Below, piece by piece: positions 36,821 through 48,997 of a stretch of 64,000 bases of DNA; position 1 is the first letter of the stretch; each line of letters begins with the position of its first letter. This DNA is from Felis catus (lineage: Eukaryota), in NCBI RefSeq assembly GCF_018350175.1, contig NC_058368.1, forward strand, positions 231,386,001 to 231,450,000, given 5' to 3'. Position numbers and translations under genes: made by a program. The notes under the pieces were generated by a model, which saw nothing but the letters and a program-made list of their open reading frames with translations, did no database searches and had not been told where the DNA came from.

Positions 36821-37022
36821 TGAGAGAGACACAGAGAGAGAGAGAGAGAGAGAGCAAGCAGATGAGTAGGAAAGGGGCAGACAGAGAAGGAGACAATAGA
36901 ATCTGAATCAGGCTCTGAGCTGTCAGCACAGAGCCTCACGTGGGGCTTGAACCCACGAACTGTGAGATCATGACCTGAGCCAAAGTCGGACGCCTAACTG
37001 ACTGAGCCACGCAGACGCCCCC
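36790..37022 (-). mobile_element. Can-SINE with (TTTA)n tail
   Basis: Full body ending 'gactgagccacgcagacgcccc'. Confidence 0.93.
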
Positions 37023-37411
37023 AAGTTTCACCCTTTTATGAGGACACCAGCCATATTGGATTAGGGCTCACCCCAAGTGGCTTCATCTTAAGTATTTACA
37101 TCTGTAATGATCCTGTTCCCAAATCAAGTCACTTTCGGTGGCACTGGGGGCTAGGATCTCAACACATGGATTTTTGAGGCATGCAGTTCAACCCCTGAGC
37201 TAGTGACTGCTCAAGCTGCCTGCAGGACGCCTGGCCACCGCGAGAAGACTGCAGGGGCGGGGGCACCCACCTCTGGCACCCACCTCTCCTCTCAGTGGCT
37301 CTGGCGATTGGCCAAAGATGCCACAGAACGTGTCTGGGGACGTGTTCATAACCACAAAACATCCTGCTGCGAAGGAAGGGAAGTGGAAGCCTACTTCCCT
37401 TCGTGTTCTAG

Positions 37412-37503
37412 CTTTGAACTCTGAATCATTGAACTTGGAAATGGTACCACTGCAAACTAGAAGATCAACGACTAAGCTTGAAGAAGACACTGCTTTTGAA
37501 AAG
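37412..37503 (+). other. Candidate exon (92 nt) of an unidentified transcript
   Basis: Acceptor 'cctacttcccttcgtgttctag|', donor 'aag|gtagga'; one open frame LNSESLNLEMVPLQTRRSTTKLEEDTAFEK; not recognised. Confidence 0.3.
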
Positions 37504-38362
37504 GTAGGACCTTATTATAACTGATCCTGCAGTTAAGGGATCCTATTAACCCTCGACCCCAAGACAAAGGCCTGAATCTTCTGAGACAAGATATCTGCCA
37601 AACGTCTGCCAAGGACAGTGCGAGCAGTAAATACGTCAGCGGCTGTGCGGCATCCGAAGTGCGGCTCTGTGCACGGTGGACCTGCCAAGGCCAGTTACAC
37701 GGCTTGTATTTTGATCTGAGGAGCTCGTGCTTAGCTTGATATGGGGAACATTTCTCTCTATCTGTCAAGAGTATTACCTTGTTCATTAATGTGTCACTAA
37801 AATTTAAAATGCCACCTTTCTGCTTTGCAGGTAATTCCCGCAGACGGGTTTGAGGCATATTGTGAAAAGCACGTTTCTCAGCAGAACTAGAGCCGCAGAA
37901 CGTTGGTGGACAGTGTGCTTGGGTTTCAACTGCCTGCGTCCCTTGGATGACCGATTTACACGTGATGTGCCTGTTCCTCACAGTTGCCCCTTCGCGAGGC
38001 GTTTTTGCTTAATTTCCGCATCTGAATTTCTACGTACTCAATCCTTCTGTGAGTAATGATTATTACTAGGAGGAAAATCATGTTGTTTTTGTTATTTGAG
38101 CACTTTTTCTCCGTTGCCATGGTCCTTCACTCTTCTCCCATTTCTCGGGTGCTGTCACCTCTGGGCAGTTGTTGGGTGAAGAAACCTCAAGGCGGGGGCC
38201 TCGGGACACATGGCTTGAGCGTCAGTGAGAAATGAGGAGTTGCTGACATCCAGCTCTGGCTTTTCGTTTTCCTTCTTGTTGGAATGTTAGTTTCATGTTT
38301 CTTAATAGATTCCTTCAAAGAAAGTTGGGAGATAGAGTAAGGATGTCTTCTGCAGTCCTTAT

Positions 38363-38570
38363 ATTTCTTTCTTTTTTTCTTTTTCAATGTTTATTCATTT
38401 ATTTTTGAGAGAGACAGTGCAAATAGGGGAGGGGCAGAGAGAGAGAGAGGGGGAGACAGAGAATCCCAAGCAGTGCCCGACACGGGGCTCGAACCCACCA
38501 ATGGAGAGATCATGACCTGAGCTGAAATCAAGAGTTGGCCGCTTAACCAACTGAGCCACCCAGGTGCCCC
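38363..38570 (-). mobile_element. Can-SINE
   Basis: T-rich tail, body ending 'ctgagccacccaggtgcccc'. Confidence 0.93.
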
Positions 38571-40788
38571 ACAGACTCTGGTTTTAAGAGGAGTGACTCC
38601 CTTGTGCTGCTTTGAGTATTGAGGGTTTTCTTGTAGGATATGTATCCACAGGAGCCTAGGAAAGGCCACCGGTCACCGTGACAGTAAGCACGCCAGTCCT
38701 TCCCGCTTTCTTGTACTCATCGGGCCCTTCTCACTGCCTTTTGGGGGGTTTTTCAATATTCAACCTTAGAAATTTCACATCACTAGTTCCTGTGCATCCC
38801 CCGAGCCCAGGGAATCCTGGCAAACATCACATTCTATAGTCTGTATTGTGAAAACAGCAGGTGTTATTTTTTCGTTATCCATTTCCATCTCTAGATGGTA
38901 TCTCACTGCCCTGTTTTTGAACTACACACCCTCCCCACGTCCCCTGCTGCGGAGATTCTGTTTCAGGTCACTTGTCAGCCTGCCGATTGGATGTCCTTGG
39001 GCCAGGTGGCCACTGGCTTGATTGAGTTACGCCCAGTGGAGGAGTGTGGGAAAGTACTTTCAAGGTAGTTTCCTCCCTAACTTCCTTCTCCGAAGGGAAT
39101 ATAGATCCAGAGACTTCTGTCAGAATCTGCAATCCGGTTCCGGAGGTCGGCTACCTTGTCTGTTCTAGCTCATTCGCGGCACCTGGTCCTGCTTGAGACA
39201 CTCAACTGAACAGCCACGCCTCTGTTTTCCTGACGACTCATTCGTATTTAAATCACCTTCCTGAACGTTCCCTTGGCTTAAGCCTCCCTTCTGTGGCCTG
39301 CGCACACAATTTAAATTTCAATCCTAATGTTCTTAGCCGGTCCTCCTGAAACGCACGCTGGGTAATTGGTTGAGGGCTATCTTCTCATTACTTTTGCTAA
39401 ATGAAGAGAATACCTTAAAACCGGCCACAGGTGAGCACAGAAATTCCCAGAGAGAGTTAATAAGCTGTTCTCGTCACGTGTGTTCTCTCCCCCTGTTTGA
39501 ATTGTGCTGCCGGTCGTGCCGTTGCTGGCAGCAGAAAGAAATATGATGTTCGGCTAATGGCTTGAGAAGGGGAGGGAAGGACTCGGGGTCACCTGTGGCA
39601 TATCCTATTCTGAGCCGAGCCAAAGGAGATTAATACTGTCACTTGCTTGATTAGCACTGCTCCTGGCCGGGCTCTCGACTTCGAAACGTATTAATTCTGC
39701 GAGAACAGCTCCGGCCGGACTTGTCTTGTCCACGTTTGCAGCTAACCTTGTAAAATCCCACGGCAGGGGGCTGACTGGAGGCGGAGGCTGAGACCCGGGC
39801 CAAGCCCTGCTTGTTTTTTTTTGTTTGCTCTTATGGCAAGGGCTTTCAAAATAATGCTAAGTTGCTTAAGCTTGAGCCTGCAAAGTAATTGGTGTGTTTT
39901 GTATCTCGAGTTAAAGCTCTTTTTAGCAAAGAGTTCTAGCGCAAGCATCCTTAAATCTATTCAGCTGTGTACATGCATTTATTCATGCGAGTGTCAGGAA
40001 ATTTCTTGTTAAGATAACCTTCCTAAGTACATCACTGTGATGTGAATTGGTAATGTGTTCCAGAGTCGGAAGGTGTCTGGGCTTGGGTTTTGAAGGCTCC
40101 GTGTACAGTCTCACTTGGCTGGGGATTATCCGGCGTCAGGTGTTTTGCAGGTAAAAGCGTGGCTTTCAGCACTTACGGTGGGAACGTTTTCCGTCCCATC
40201 TGCTGATGGATGGAAAGTTCTGCACGTCGAGGCTCTTTTTCTAGTTCTGCAGATCCCCTGTCCTGCTCGTGGGAGGTAGGGAACCTGGCAGGTCCCTGAG
40301 CTTTGGAGCTGACAAGCCTGAGTTCCAGTCCCAGCTCGGGTACCTACCAGGAGCGGTGATCTTTTATGTAGAAAAAGCCTTGCGGCCAAATTGGAGTAAA
40401 GTATAAACATTGTCACTGAATAATAGAATAGGAATTTTAAAAACCTTTTGATATATAATGCCAGATTTTCCTTTGACAGGTTATGCGGATTTTCTATTCC
40501 CACCATGCTTATTTTGAAATCCATCGTATATTATTTAAGTAATCCCACCCAGTGTACAGGAAAATTGTTTTGTTATTGTTCTAATGTGTGTTTCCTTGAT
40601 GACTTGTGAGGTTACGCCCATTTTTTTCATATGTTTACTGGCTTTTTGCTGTTTCTTTTTTGTATTGCCCGTGAACGTATTTCCAAGTCTTCTTGTTCGT
40701 TCTCTCCCCTGGATACAGTGAAAGAGTAATACAAATGATAAAGACACCAGTACTTCTTTTGGAAGTGACAACAATGTTGCCATAGTTC

Positions 40789-41000
40789 TTTTTTTTTTTT
40801 TAAGTTTATTTACTTTGAGAGAGAACATGCGTGAGTGCAGGTGGGGGAGGGGCAGAGAGAGGGAGAGAGAGAATCCCAAGCAGGCTCTGCATTGTCAGCA
40901 CAGAGCGTGATGCGGGGCTCAAACCCACGAACAGTGAGATCATGACCTGAGCCAAAATCAAGAGTTGGACCCTTCACCGACTGAGCCAGCCAGGCGCCCC
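40789..41000 (-). mobile_element. Can-SINE
   Basis: polyT, body ending 'ctgagccagccaggcgcccc'. Confidence 0.95.
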
Positions 41001-41419
41001 ATCATATCTCCTTTTTTTCTTTTTTTTTTTTTTTAAATGCTGATTCCAAAATATGTTGTATGGGCCTGGTGTCCCTGAGCCCCACACTGTGCAAACCTTC
41101 CTTTTGTACACAAGTATTCTTCTCAGATTTGATTGTTCTCCTTCTGTACCACGGATAGTTTCGCAGAGGATTCCTTTCTCCTCTTTCTTCTTATTTGGTC
41201 ATCTTAATCAACTTCTTCACTGGTTCCTGTTAAAACCACCCTTTCCTAGTCTTTAGCAGATTAGGGTCGTCCAGACAAGAGTCTCTTCCCTGGCCAAGAT
41301 CTGGGCACCCCGTTTCCCAGGCGGCCCCCACTCACCAGGATCAGTATCAGGGGGCAGATGGAGAGTGGTTTCATCCCGTCTGAGAGGAGGTCATGGGTTC
41401 TGGGATGCATTTATTCCTT

Positions 41420-42830
41420 CAGTCATGCAGTAAATCTAGTTGAGAGATGGCCACGTTCCAAGCCCTGTCGTAAACAGTGAGTGGAGCGGATAGAGTCCTC
41501 TGCGTCCGCAGCTGCCACCGCTTGGTGTCGAGGATGGCACCGCAAACAGACTCAGCGTGTGCAGATGTCCGAGGGGGCGCGTGCCACAGAGAGGGCAGGG
41601 GGGGAGGTGCCAGCTGGGGAGGACAGTCGCTGCCCTGGGTGGGGAGGTCAGGGAAAGCCTCCATGAGAAGCCAGGATCTGAGGGAGGTGAGGGAGGCGAG
41701 TCTCCCCCCATGTGAACACCGGGGGAAGAACATTCCTGGTAGAGGGAGCGCTGAAGGTGCCAAGATCCCGAGTGGCGAGCGTGCAGGGGACAGCCAAAGA
41801 AGACTGGGGGGCCAGCGGTGAGAGTGGAAGGCTGTGCGGCCAGAGTGGTGCCAGGGACCCAGACCACGGGAGGTCTTACTGGCCACACGCCGCCCTGTGT
41901 GGAGGGGACAGCCGTGGAGCGATGTGATTTCACTTGATTCTTCAAGGGAAGCCACGGATTACTGTGCTGGGAATAGATCGCTGGGAAAAAGGGGGCTGGG
42001 GTGGAACAGGGAGACCAGGTAAGCCAGGCAAGGGGTGGTGGGGGCTGAGAGTAGGCTGGAGCCGGGCGTGTGGGGGACACGGGCACACTGCTCGGTAGCA
42101 CCCAGAGGATCTGCTGCTGGACTGAATGCGGCGTCTGGCTCATTCGCCAGGGCCGCCGTAACAAAGGGCCAAACGCTGAATTGCTTAAACGACGTGAACG
42201 TATTGTCTCACAGCTCCAGCGGCTGGAAGTCCGAGATCAAAGTATCAGCAGGTTTGGTTCCTTCTGGTGGAAGGAGAATCCGTTCCCCGCCTGCTTCCTA
42301 GCTTCTTGTGGTTTCTTACCGACGTGTGGTGCTCCTTGGCCGAAGCATCACTCCGACCTCTGCCTTCATCTTCACACGGCCTTCTCTCTGGGTCCAAATT
42401 TCCCCCATTAGTGAGGACACCGGTCACGTAGGATTGGGAACCTACCCTGCCCCTCTGTTACCTCATCAAGCTGAACTAATCACATGTGCAACCATCTGTG
42501 ATCTGTTTCCAAATAAGATCACGTTCTGAGGGGCTCGGGGTTAGGACCTGAACGTGGTTTTGTTTTTGGTTTTGTTTTTGTTTTTGTTTTTGTTTTTGTT
42601 TTGTTTTTTGGTGGGGACACAATTCAGTCTATCACAGGGTGGGAGAAAATGAGACGAGTCAAGTTTCAATCCAAGACTTCTGGTTTGATCCACGGCAAGG
42701 ATGGAGTTGCACCGATTTGAGATGGAGAATCTGTGGGAGAAGCAGATCTTGGGGGGAGGATGAGAAACCGGGCTTTGGATGTTGAGTTTGAAGTGTCCAC
42801 GAGACAGCTGTTCCTTTGGCGGCTCTCCGG
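41420..42830 (-). mobile_element. L2 element interrupted by a MaLR LTR
   Basis: 'tcagggaaagcctcc.tgagaag', 'ggaagaacattcctggtagaggga', 'tttggatgttgagtttgaagtgtc'. Confidence 0.75.
42137..42636 (-). mobile_element. MaLR (MLT1C-like) LTR with internal (GTTTTT)n at about 42556-42610
   Basis: 'ccagggccgccgtaacaaa...tctcacagctcc..ggctggaagtccgagatcaaagtatcagcagg...tttccaaataagatcac...gggacacaattcagtctatcaca'. Confidence 0.85.
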
Positions 42831-43510
42831 TCAAGCCGCTCGGCGCCTGGCCCCAATATGGGTCTCCTCAGGCCTGGGGTGTGTGCGGGGCAGGGCCTGG
42901 GCCGGAGGCAGGTGCAGGCTGGGTCAGGAGGACAGCCGCTCTCCCAGCACCACCCCCTTCCAAAAGCACAATCGTTTTCCGTGTCCCAGGAGGTGAAACG
43001 GGTCGGGAAGCACGGCCCTAAGCTAGCGCTGCTTCAGCTCTCAGCCGTGAACTAAGGAGCTCTGATCAGACCAGAAAAAGATTTTTCCGAGTTTTAATTA
43101 TCCAACAATGTACACGGCTACACCTGGAATCACTTTGGAATCCACTGTCCCCTTCCATTCCTTTTCTATAATCCTGCCACCACTTCTTTGGTGGGAGTCT
43201 TCCTTTTCTGCAATATTATACCATGAAGTCATTTAACACTTGCCCGGAATTCTGATCTATGTTTTCCCTGGAAGACCCAACTGTTTCAGGTAGACAGACG
43301 AGATCTTAGAGTTCACGATTTCTCCTATAGTGTTGTACAAATCAATAAAAACAGACCTAAAGCCCCAATTGTGTCCAGAATGATGACTCATGGTTCTAGT
43401 TACAACCCAAAGGATCTGCTGACCACAGGGTCGTGGGGAGCACTTTGGCATTCAGACGGCATTCTGGAATTTTCCCATCAATGTTAATTAGATTCACACT
43501 CCTCTTTTCT

Positions 43511-43729
43511 TTTTTAATTTTTTTTTCAACGTTTATTTATTTTTGGGACAGAGAGAGACAGAGCGTGAATGGGGGAGGGCCAGAGAGAGAGGGAGACACA
43601 GAATCGGAAACAGGCTCCAGGCTCTGAGCCGTCAGCCCAGAGCCTGACGCGGGGTTCGAACTCACGGACCGCGAGATCGTGACCTGGCTGAAGTTGGACG
43701 CTCAACCGACTGCGCCACCCAGGCGCCCC
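43511..43729 (-). mobile_element. Can-SINE, young Felis-type
   Basis: Full body; perfect 16-bp TSD cacactcctcttttct at 43495-43510 and 43730-43745. Confidence 0.97.
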
Positions 43730-44379
43730 CACACTCCTCTTTTCTAAGCTCCGGAGTATCTTCCAAGTAACAGCAGAGAGAACTGCATCTCACATCAAAC
43801 ATAGAATTACCACACAGCTGCTCTGTAGCCTTTATCAGTCAGTCTGCCCACAGTCCGGCTTTCAGATTCCCTCTTTATCGCTTGGATTGCACACCACCTG
43901 ACATGTGGGGTCCAAGTACCCGACTTGTGTTTTCTGGTGCTCGTACTTAGAGCTCAATCTTGAGGACATAAAATTTGAAAGAAGACCTAAACTTAGTGAA
44001 TTTCTTTGCTAACAACAAAGACCCAACTCACAAGGGTGTTTTTAAAATCCAGCTGTCCCGCGTACTTTATCTTGCCGGACCGTGGGAAGGAACATTTTGG
44101 CTCGGCAGATCACGAGGGCTGAATCAGCAAACACTGTGAATTGCTTAGGAACAAATGATTTCCCACATTCCAGAGAAGAAAAGATCACATTAAGTTTAAA
44201 TTAACCCCTTATGCCCAGATTCAAACATTATTTCTTTTCCTTGGACACGTGGTGGTCATTCACTGATTCTCATCTGGTAGAATCCTAAAGAGGATTGATT
44301 CTGTGTGGCCCGCTCATCTGGTCAGGCATATTCTTTCTCTATCCCCAAATTGGCTGTAGTCTGAACTTGATGGTTATAC

Positions 44380-45440
44380 AAAATATATTTTTCTGACCTC
44401 TGTTACTGATTTCTAAACAATTGCAGAATGGCCCGTACAATCCAACTCCTTTAAAACATGTAAAAGCTTGCACAAGCTTTACAGCCGATATGTGGTTGAT
44501 TTTTATAAATCTCTCATGTATGCTTGAGAGGAATTTGTGTTTTCTGGGTGCAATATTCTTTATAGGTCCGCTCAGCAAATCTTACTGAGTACAGTGGTCA
44601 AGTCTGTTATATCCTTAATTATATTATAGCCCTAATTAGGCCAGTGGCCCTGTTTGGCTTAATTGCTAAAAGAAGTATGTAAAAATTTTCCAGATGATTG
44701 TTGATTTGAATTTTTCTCTCGTAGTTCTGTCATTTTGACTTTGTCTACTTTTTCAGTTGTGTACACATTTCAAATTATCGTATCTTCCTGGTAAATTAAA
44801 ATGTTATCTTAACTCCACATCTAGAAATGCTTTTTGCCTTAAGGTTTATGTATCTAATGATGTAAATTCGTGTGTGTGTGAGAGCGTGTGTATCTGTATC
44901 TATAGATCTATGAATCATTCTATGAATCATTCTCTCTCTCTCTCTCTCTCTCTAATCCATTATCTTCTTAATTTATAAAATACCTAACAGAGTGATACTA
45001 GCTTTCTTTTGTTACTATTTTCCTGAACTGTCTTCTCCTAGTTTTTTCTCTCATTGTTTTCTTTGAAACTTCCTGTATCATTTCATTATGTATGTGCCTT
45101 TTGTAAGCTATATGAAATTTGGATATTTTAATCCAATTTGACCATCTTTGCCTTTAAACTGGAACATTTAGTCCATTTACATTATTGTCATATATCTGGG
45201 CTCATGTCTACCATGTGTATTGTTCTTATTATTTGTTTCTCCTTCTCCTTGTTTCTGGCTTTCCTTCTTCATTCTATTTTTTTTGGGGAGGGCCTTTGGA
45301 GAAATTTAACTTTTTTGCTATTTTGTGAGTACATTTAAAAAATGTTTTTGTGCTTACTGAGCAGTTTTAATTGTGTTGGTTCGTCAGGGTCTTTTATATA
45401 TGGAAGTCCTAAATGGATTCTATTTTTTAATTTAGAATAT
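44380..45440 (-). mobile_element. Ancient L1M fragment
   Basis: 'ggtcaagtctgttatatcctt', 'tagttctgtcatttt', 'ttaatccaatttgaccatctttgcctttaaactgga.catttagtccatttacatt'. Confidence 0.65.
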
Positions 45441-45448
45441 AATTTTGC

Positions 45449-45640
45449 GGGGCTCCTGGGTGGCTCAGTCATTAAGCATCAAACATCGGCTCAGGTCATA
45501 ATCTCACAGTTCGAGAGGTCAAGCCCTGCTTTGTGTGAACATGAGCCCCGGGTGAGCCTCGCTTCTCTCTCTCTCTCTCTCTCCCCCCCCCTCTTTTTCT
45601 CTACCCCTCAATGACTTGCACCCCCCCTCTCAAATATAGA
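45449..45640 (+). mobile_element. Can-SINE (variant body) followed by a TA-rich tract
   Basis: 'ggggctcctgggtggctcagtcattaagcatc...ggctcaggtcataatctcacagttc'. Confidence 0.85.
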
Positions 45641-47394
45641 AATATATAAAATATAAAATTTTTATGTACAAAATTATATATTATATTTAAATCCATAAAT
45701 ATATACATATTTATATATAATGTATATTATTTATATAATTTTTATTATTGCACATGCAGTAAATGAACATTCTAGGAGGTTAAGAAATTCAGATTAACAA
45801 GAATAGGAAGATAAAAACACTGCATTCCTGTCATTCTGAGATGAGCTACCTCGGGGTAGCTTGTTTTGTGTGTGTGCGGCGGGGGGGGGGCACACGCAGG
45901 CACAAGTGGTCCACGGTGGATATCCGTGTGCGCTCTTTAAACCTAGAGAAAGGTCGTATTGTCCAAGCGAAGATGGAAGGTGGCTGTTTGCAATTGGTAA
46001 TCGCCGCCTTTCCGTGCCCATCCATTTTAATTTTATTTTAGCCACAGCCTCCGCTCAGGTCTCTTCAACTGTCCTCAAATGTCCATTTCGGTAGGTTTGT
46101 TCAAAGCCAGGACCACTCACCGAGATCTGTGTGTCGTCCGTGCGGGTGTAGTTTCCTCTTTGTTTTTGTGGCCGAGACTCGTGGACCGGCCGGCCAGCCT
46201 TCCTGGAAGATGCCCCCTGTCTGGGTTTGGTGCGTTTGTCTCTTGTGGTGTCACGAGAGTTGATGCTCTAGGACTCCTGGATCTGAGTCACACATTTTTT
46301 TTTGGCTAGAAAGCATCACAGGTGATGTCATGTGCCTCATCATTGCACTGGGGCGCTGTGCCTTATGACCTCATTAGTGAGCGTGGCCACTAGGCTAGGA
46401 TGGCCACAGCTTCATTCCTCCAATCCAGTTATTGATTTTTCTTCTTGACGTTCACGAAGGATCTGTGCAGTGCTATTGTGGCCATACAGAAACAACCACT
46501 TTAAGCAGCCATACCCCCAACACTTTTAACACCATTTGAACCTCCTTTCCTGGGCCATTGGCTTTGTAAAGTGTTGCAGAATATGCTAATTTCCTTATTC
46601 CCTTGTTCCCTCTCACTGTTACCCGGCACTCTTCTGTGAAGCAGACCTTTTTCTCCATCCACCAGATCGTTGATTTCTCTGAAACACCATGTTTTTTTCC
46701 TGGAAAGGCTTGATAGAGGCTTAGTTCTCTCATTTTAATCACCAGTTTTCAAAGAAAGTTCCAGCAGATAGTGACATAAGGACTTTTTCTGGATCTCTCT
46801 TTTTAAGTATTACCACGGACTCACGGATTGTCACGGATTCATTGTGTTTCAATGCACTATAATCAATATTTCTTGTTGTCCTTGCTACAGTTGTCACAAA
46901 TATGTATGGCGGAGGCTTTAGGCCGTGTCAGTGCTCAAAACTAGAAAGTTTATTTTTACATTTCAGCAAAAGTAAAGGCATCGTTCTGTCTCACTCCTCC
47001 AAGGACACATGTGATTGCCTTCAGGGCCCACCTGGATAATACAGGCTAATCTCCCCATCTCAAGATCCCTAGCTTGATCACCTCTGCAAAGCAATTTTTT
47101 CCATTTGAGCAGGTTGCAGGGATTAAGTTGTGGTTGCCTTTTGGAGGGCATTCTCAACCTACCACAATCATGACCTTAGTGACTTACTATTTGATCATAC
47201 AATACAAAGTGAACGGCTTTAAGATACGTGTACATTTTTACAAACTATAAAAATACCAAGTGAAGTATAACTGTACGATGGCACTTTTCTGTCCTTAAAA
47301 TTAAACCTTTAAGGATGTGGCTTCAAAGTGCTGTGTTGCAAACTCACTGGAGATAAATCCTTTCCTGTTTAGGTTTGTTTGTCTCTGTTTGCTT

Positions 47395-47441
47395 TCTTTT
47401 CTTTCTTTTCTTTTTTAAAATTTTTTTACTGTTTATTTATT

Positions 47442-47496
<55 letters not shown>

Positions 47497-47673
47497 ATAT
47501 GTGCAAGTGGGGAAGGGGCAGAGAGAGGGAGACACAGAATCTGAAACAGGCTCCAGGCTCCGAGCTGTCAGCACAGAGCCCAATGAGGGGCTCGAACTCA
47601 CGAACCGCGAGATCGTGACCTGAGCTGAAGTTGGACACTTAACCGACTGAGCCCCCCCTCCCACAGGCACCCC
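47395..47673 (-). mobile_element. Can-SINE with long (GA)n
   Basis: Full body; TSD tgtctctgtttgc. Confidence 0.95.
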
Positions 47674-48773
47674 TGTCTCTGTTTGCCTTCAATTGCAGGG
47701 ACCCCCCAAAATTAGTCATCTCAAAATTTAGATAATATATTTGATGGTTCAGGGCGTCCTTCACCAGTTCACTAACTGGGGGACAAAGTCATGTTGAAGG
47801 GGGCTGGGCCTTGGATAGGAGACTCAGTGGGAGCTCTACCTCTGTGCAGCTCTGGGGGTTCCTTCTTGTCCCCCACCAGCGTGCTCACCCTTGGTTATGC
47901 TAAGCACATCTGTTCTCTCCCCTTTCCTTCCTTTCCAGGACTTTCTACTTCCTTCTAAACCTTTCTGTCCATTCTCTAGCACCTGCCCTTTCCCAGTCTG
48001 TCTTCAGCCCCTACCTGACTTGTGCAGTTTCTGCCAAGGTGCTGTGAGCAGGGTGAGGTGGGGAGAGAGCACGTGGAACTGGGGTCTCTACTAGGACGCA
48101 TGTGGTTCACTTTCCAAGTCATCTGGACCCGAGCGCAGGAGGGAGTAAGACCTGTCTGATTTCAGTAGCCCCAGAACAAAGCACCTTTGCTCTGGAAACA
48201 TCCATGTCTGTGCTCTTTCTTGTATTTCCTCCTGCTTTATCTGTCCTTCATTTTCTATTGAATATCCATTGGAGAAATACCAAACTCAAATCGGCTGGCT
48301 CAAGGTAAAAAAAAGATCCTTCATTCTAGAGAGGTCAGGATGTTCCTAGAGGCCACGTGTGGTCCCTGAGTGACCATCTTCTGGCTGCAAAACTCAACTA
48401 GTTTGTGCAACTGGGACGAAGGGAGTGAACAGAAATTCTCAGAGTGAGACAGTCTGGACAGGAGTGAGAATCTTTAATTTCATGTCTTTGTAACCCGGAG
48501 TGTTTCTATACTGAATCTATTTTCTGAAAATCACAGGCAACTGAAGGCAGCCTAGAAATGTCTGTGCGTCTGAATTCGTTGACTTTGCATCTTGGTTCAA
48601 CAAACCTAGGTCTTCCTGGGGGATGGACTATAATTCAAACCCCTTTTTCTCCAGCTTCCCTTGATTGTATGACTTGGTAAAGGAAATAAGACTGCTGTAA
48701 GGATGGATAATTTACGTCACGGGAACCCTGCTTATGACAGAGACATTCTCGAAATGACACTGTTACTGCTTTT

Positions 48774-48997
48774 TTTTTTAATTTTTTTTTTTTACGTTTT
48801 TTATTTATTTTTGGGACAGAGAGAGACAGAGCATGAACGGGGGAGGGGCAGAGAGAGAGTGAGACACAGAATCGGAAACAGGCTCCAGGCTCCGAGCCAT
48901 CAGCCCAGAGCCCGACGCGGGGCTCGAACCCACGGACCGTGAGATCGTGACCTGGCTGAAGTCGGACGCCTAACCGACTGCGCCACCCAGGCGCCCC
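48774..48997 (-). mobile_element. Can-SINE, young Felis-type
   Basis: CpG-intact body; TSD ctgttactgctttt at 48760 and 48998. Confidence 0.97.

Larger units (their letters stand above)
35732..37197 (-). mobile_element. MaLR (MLT1) LTR split by a nested L1 3' end (about 35945-36740) and two SINEs
   Basis: LTR start 'tcagtttcctcctgctgcggtaacaaa', LTR end 'tgaggacaccagccatattggattaggg...cagttcaaccc'; L1 'gaaatacaattaacaaataaaattgtaagata'. Confidence 0.7.

Noticed and set aside
41419..42164. Overlapping long ORFs of 178-242 aa
   Set aside because: They lie within a GC-rich L2 relic
44908..44932. Small local duplications (tctatgaatcat x2; also cacgga repeats near 46813 and agcagacattt near 53785)
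   Set aside because: Ordinary short slippage duplications with no higher-order pattern
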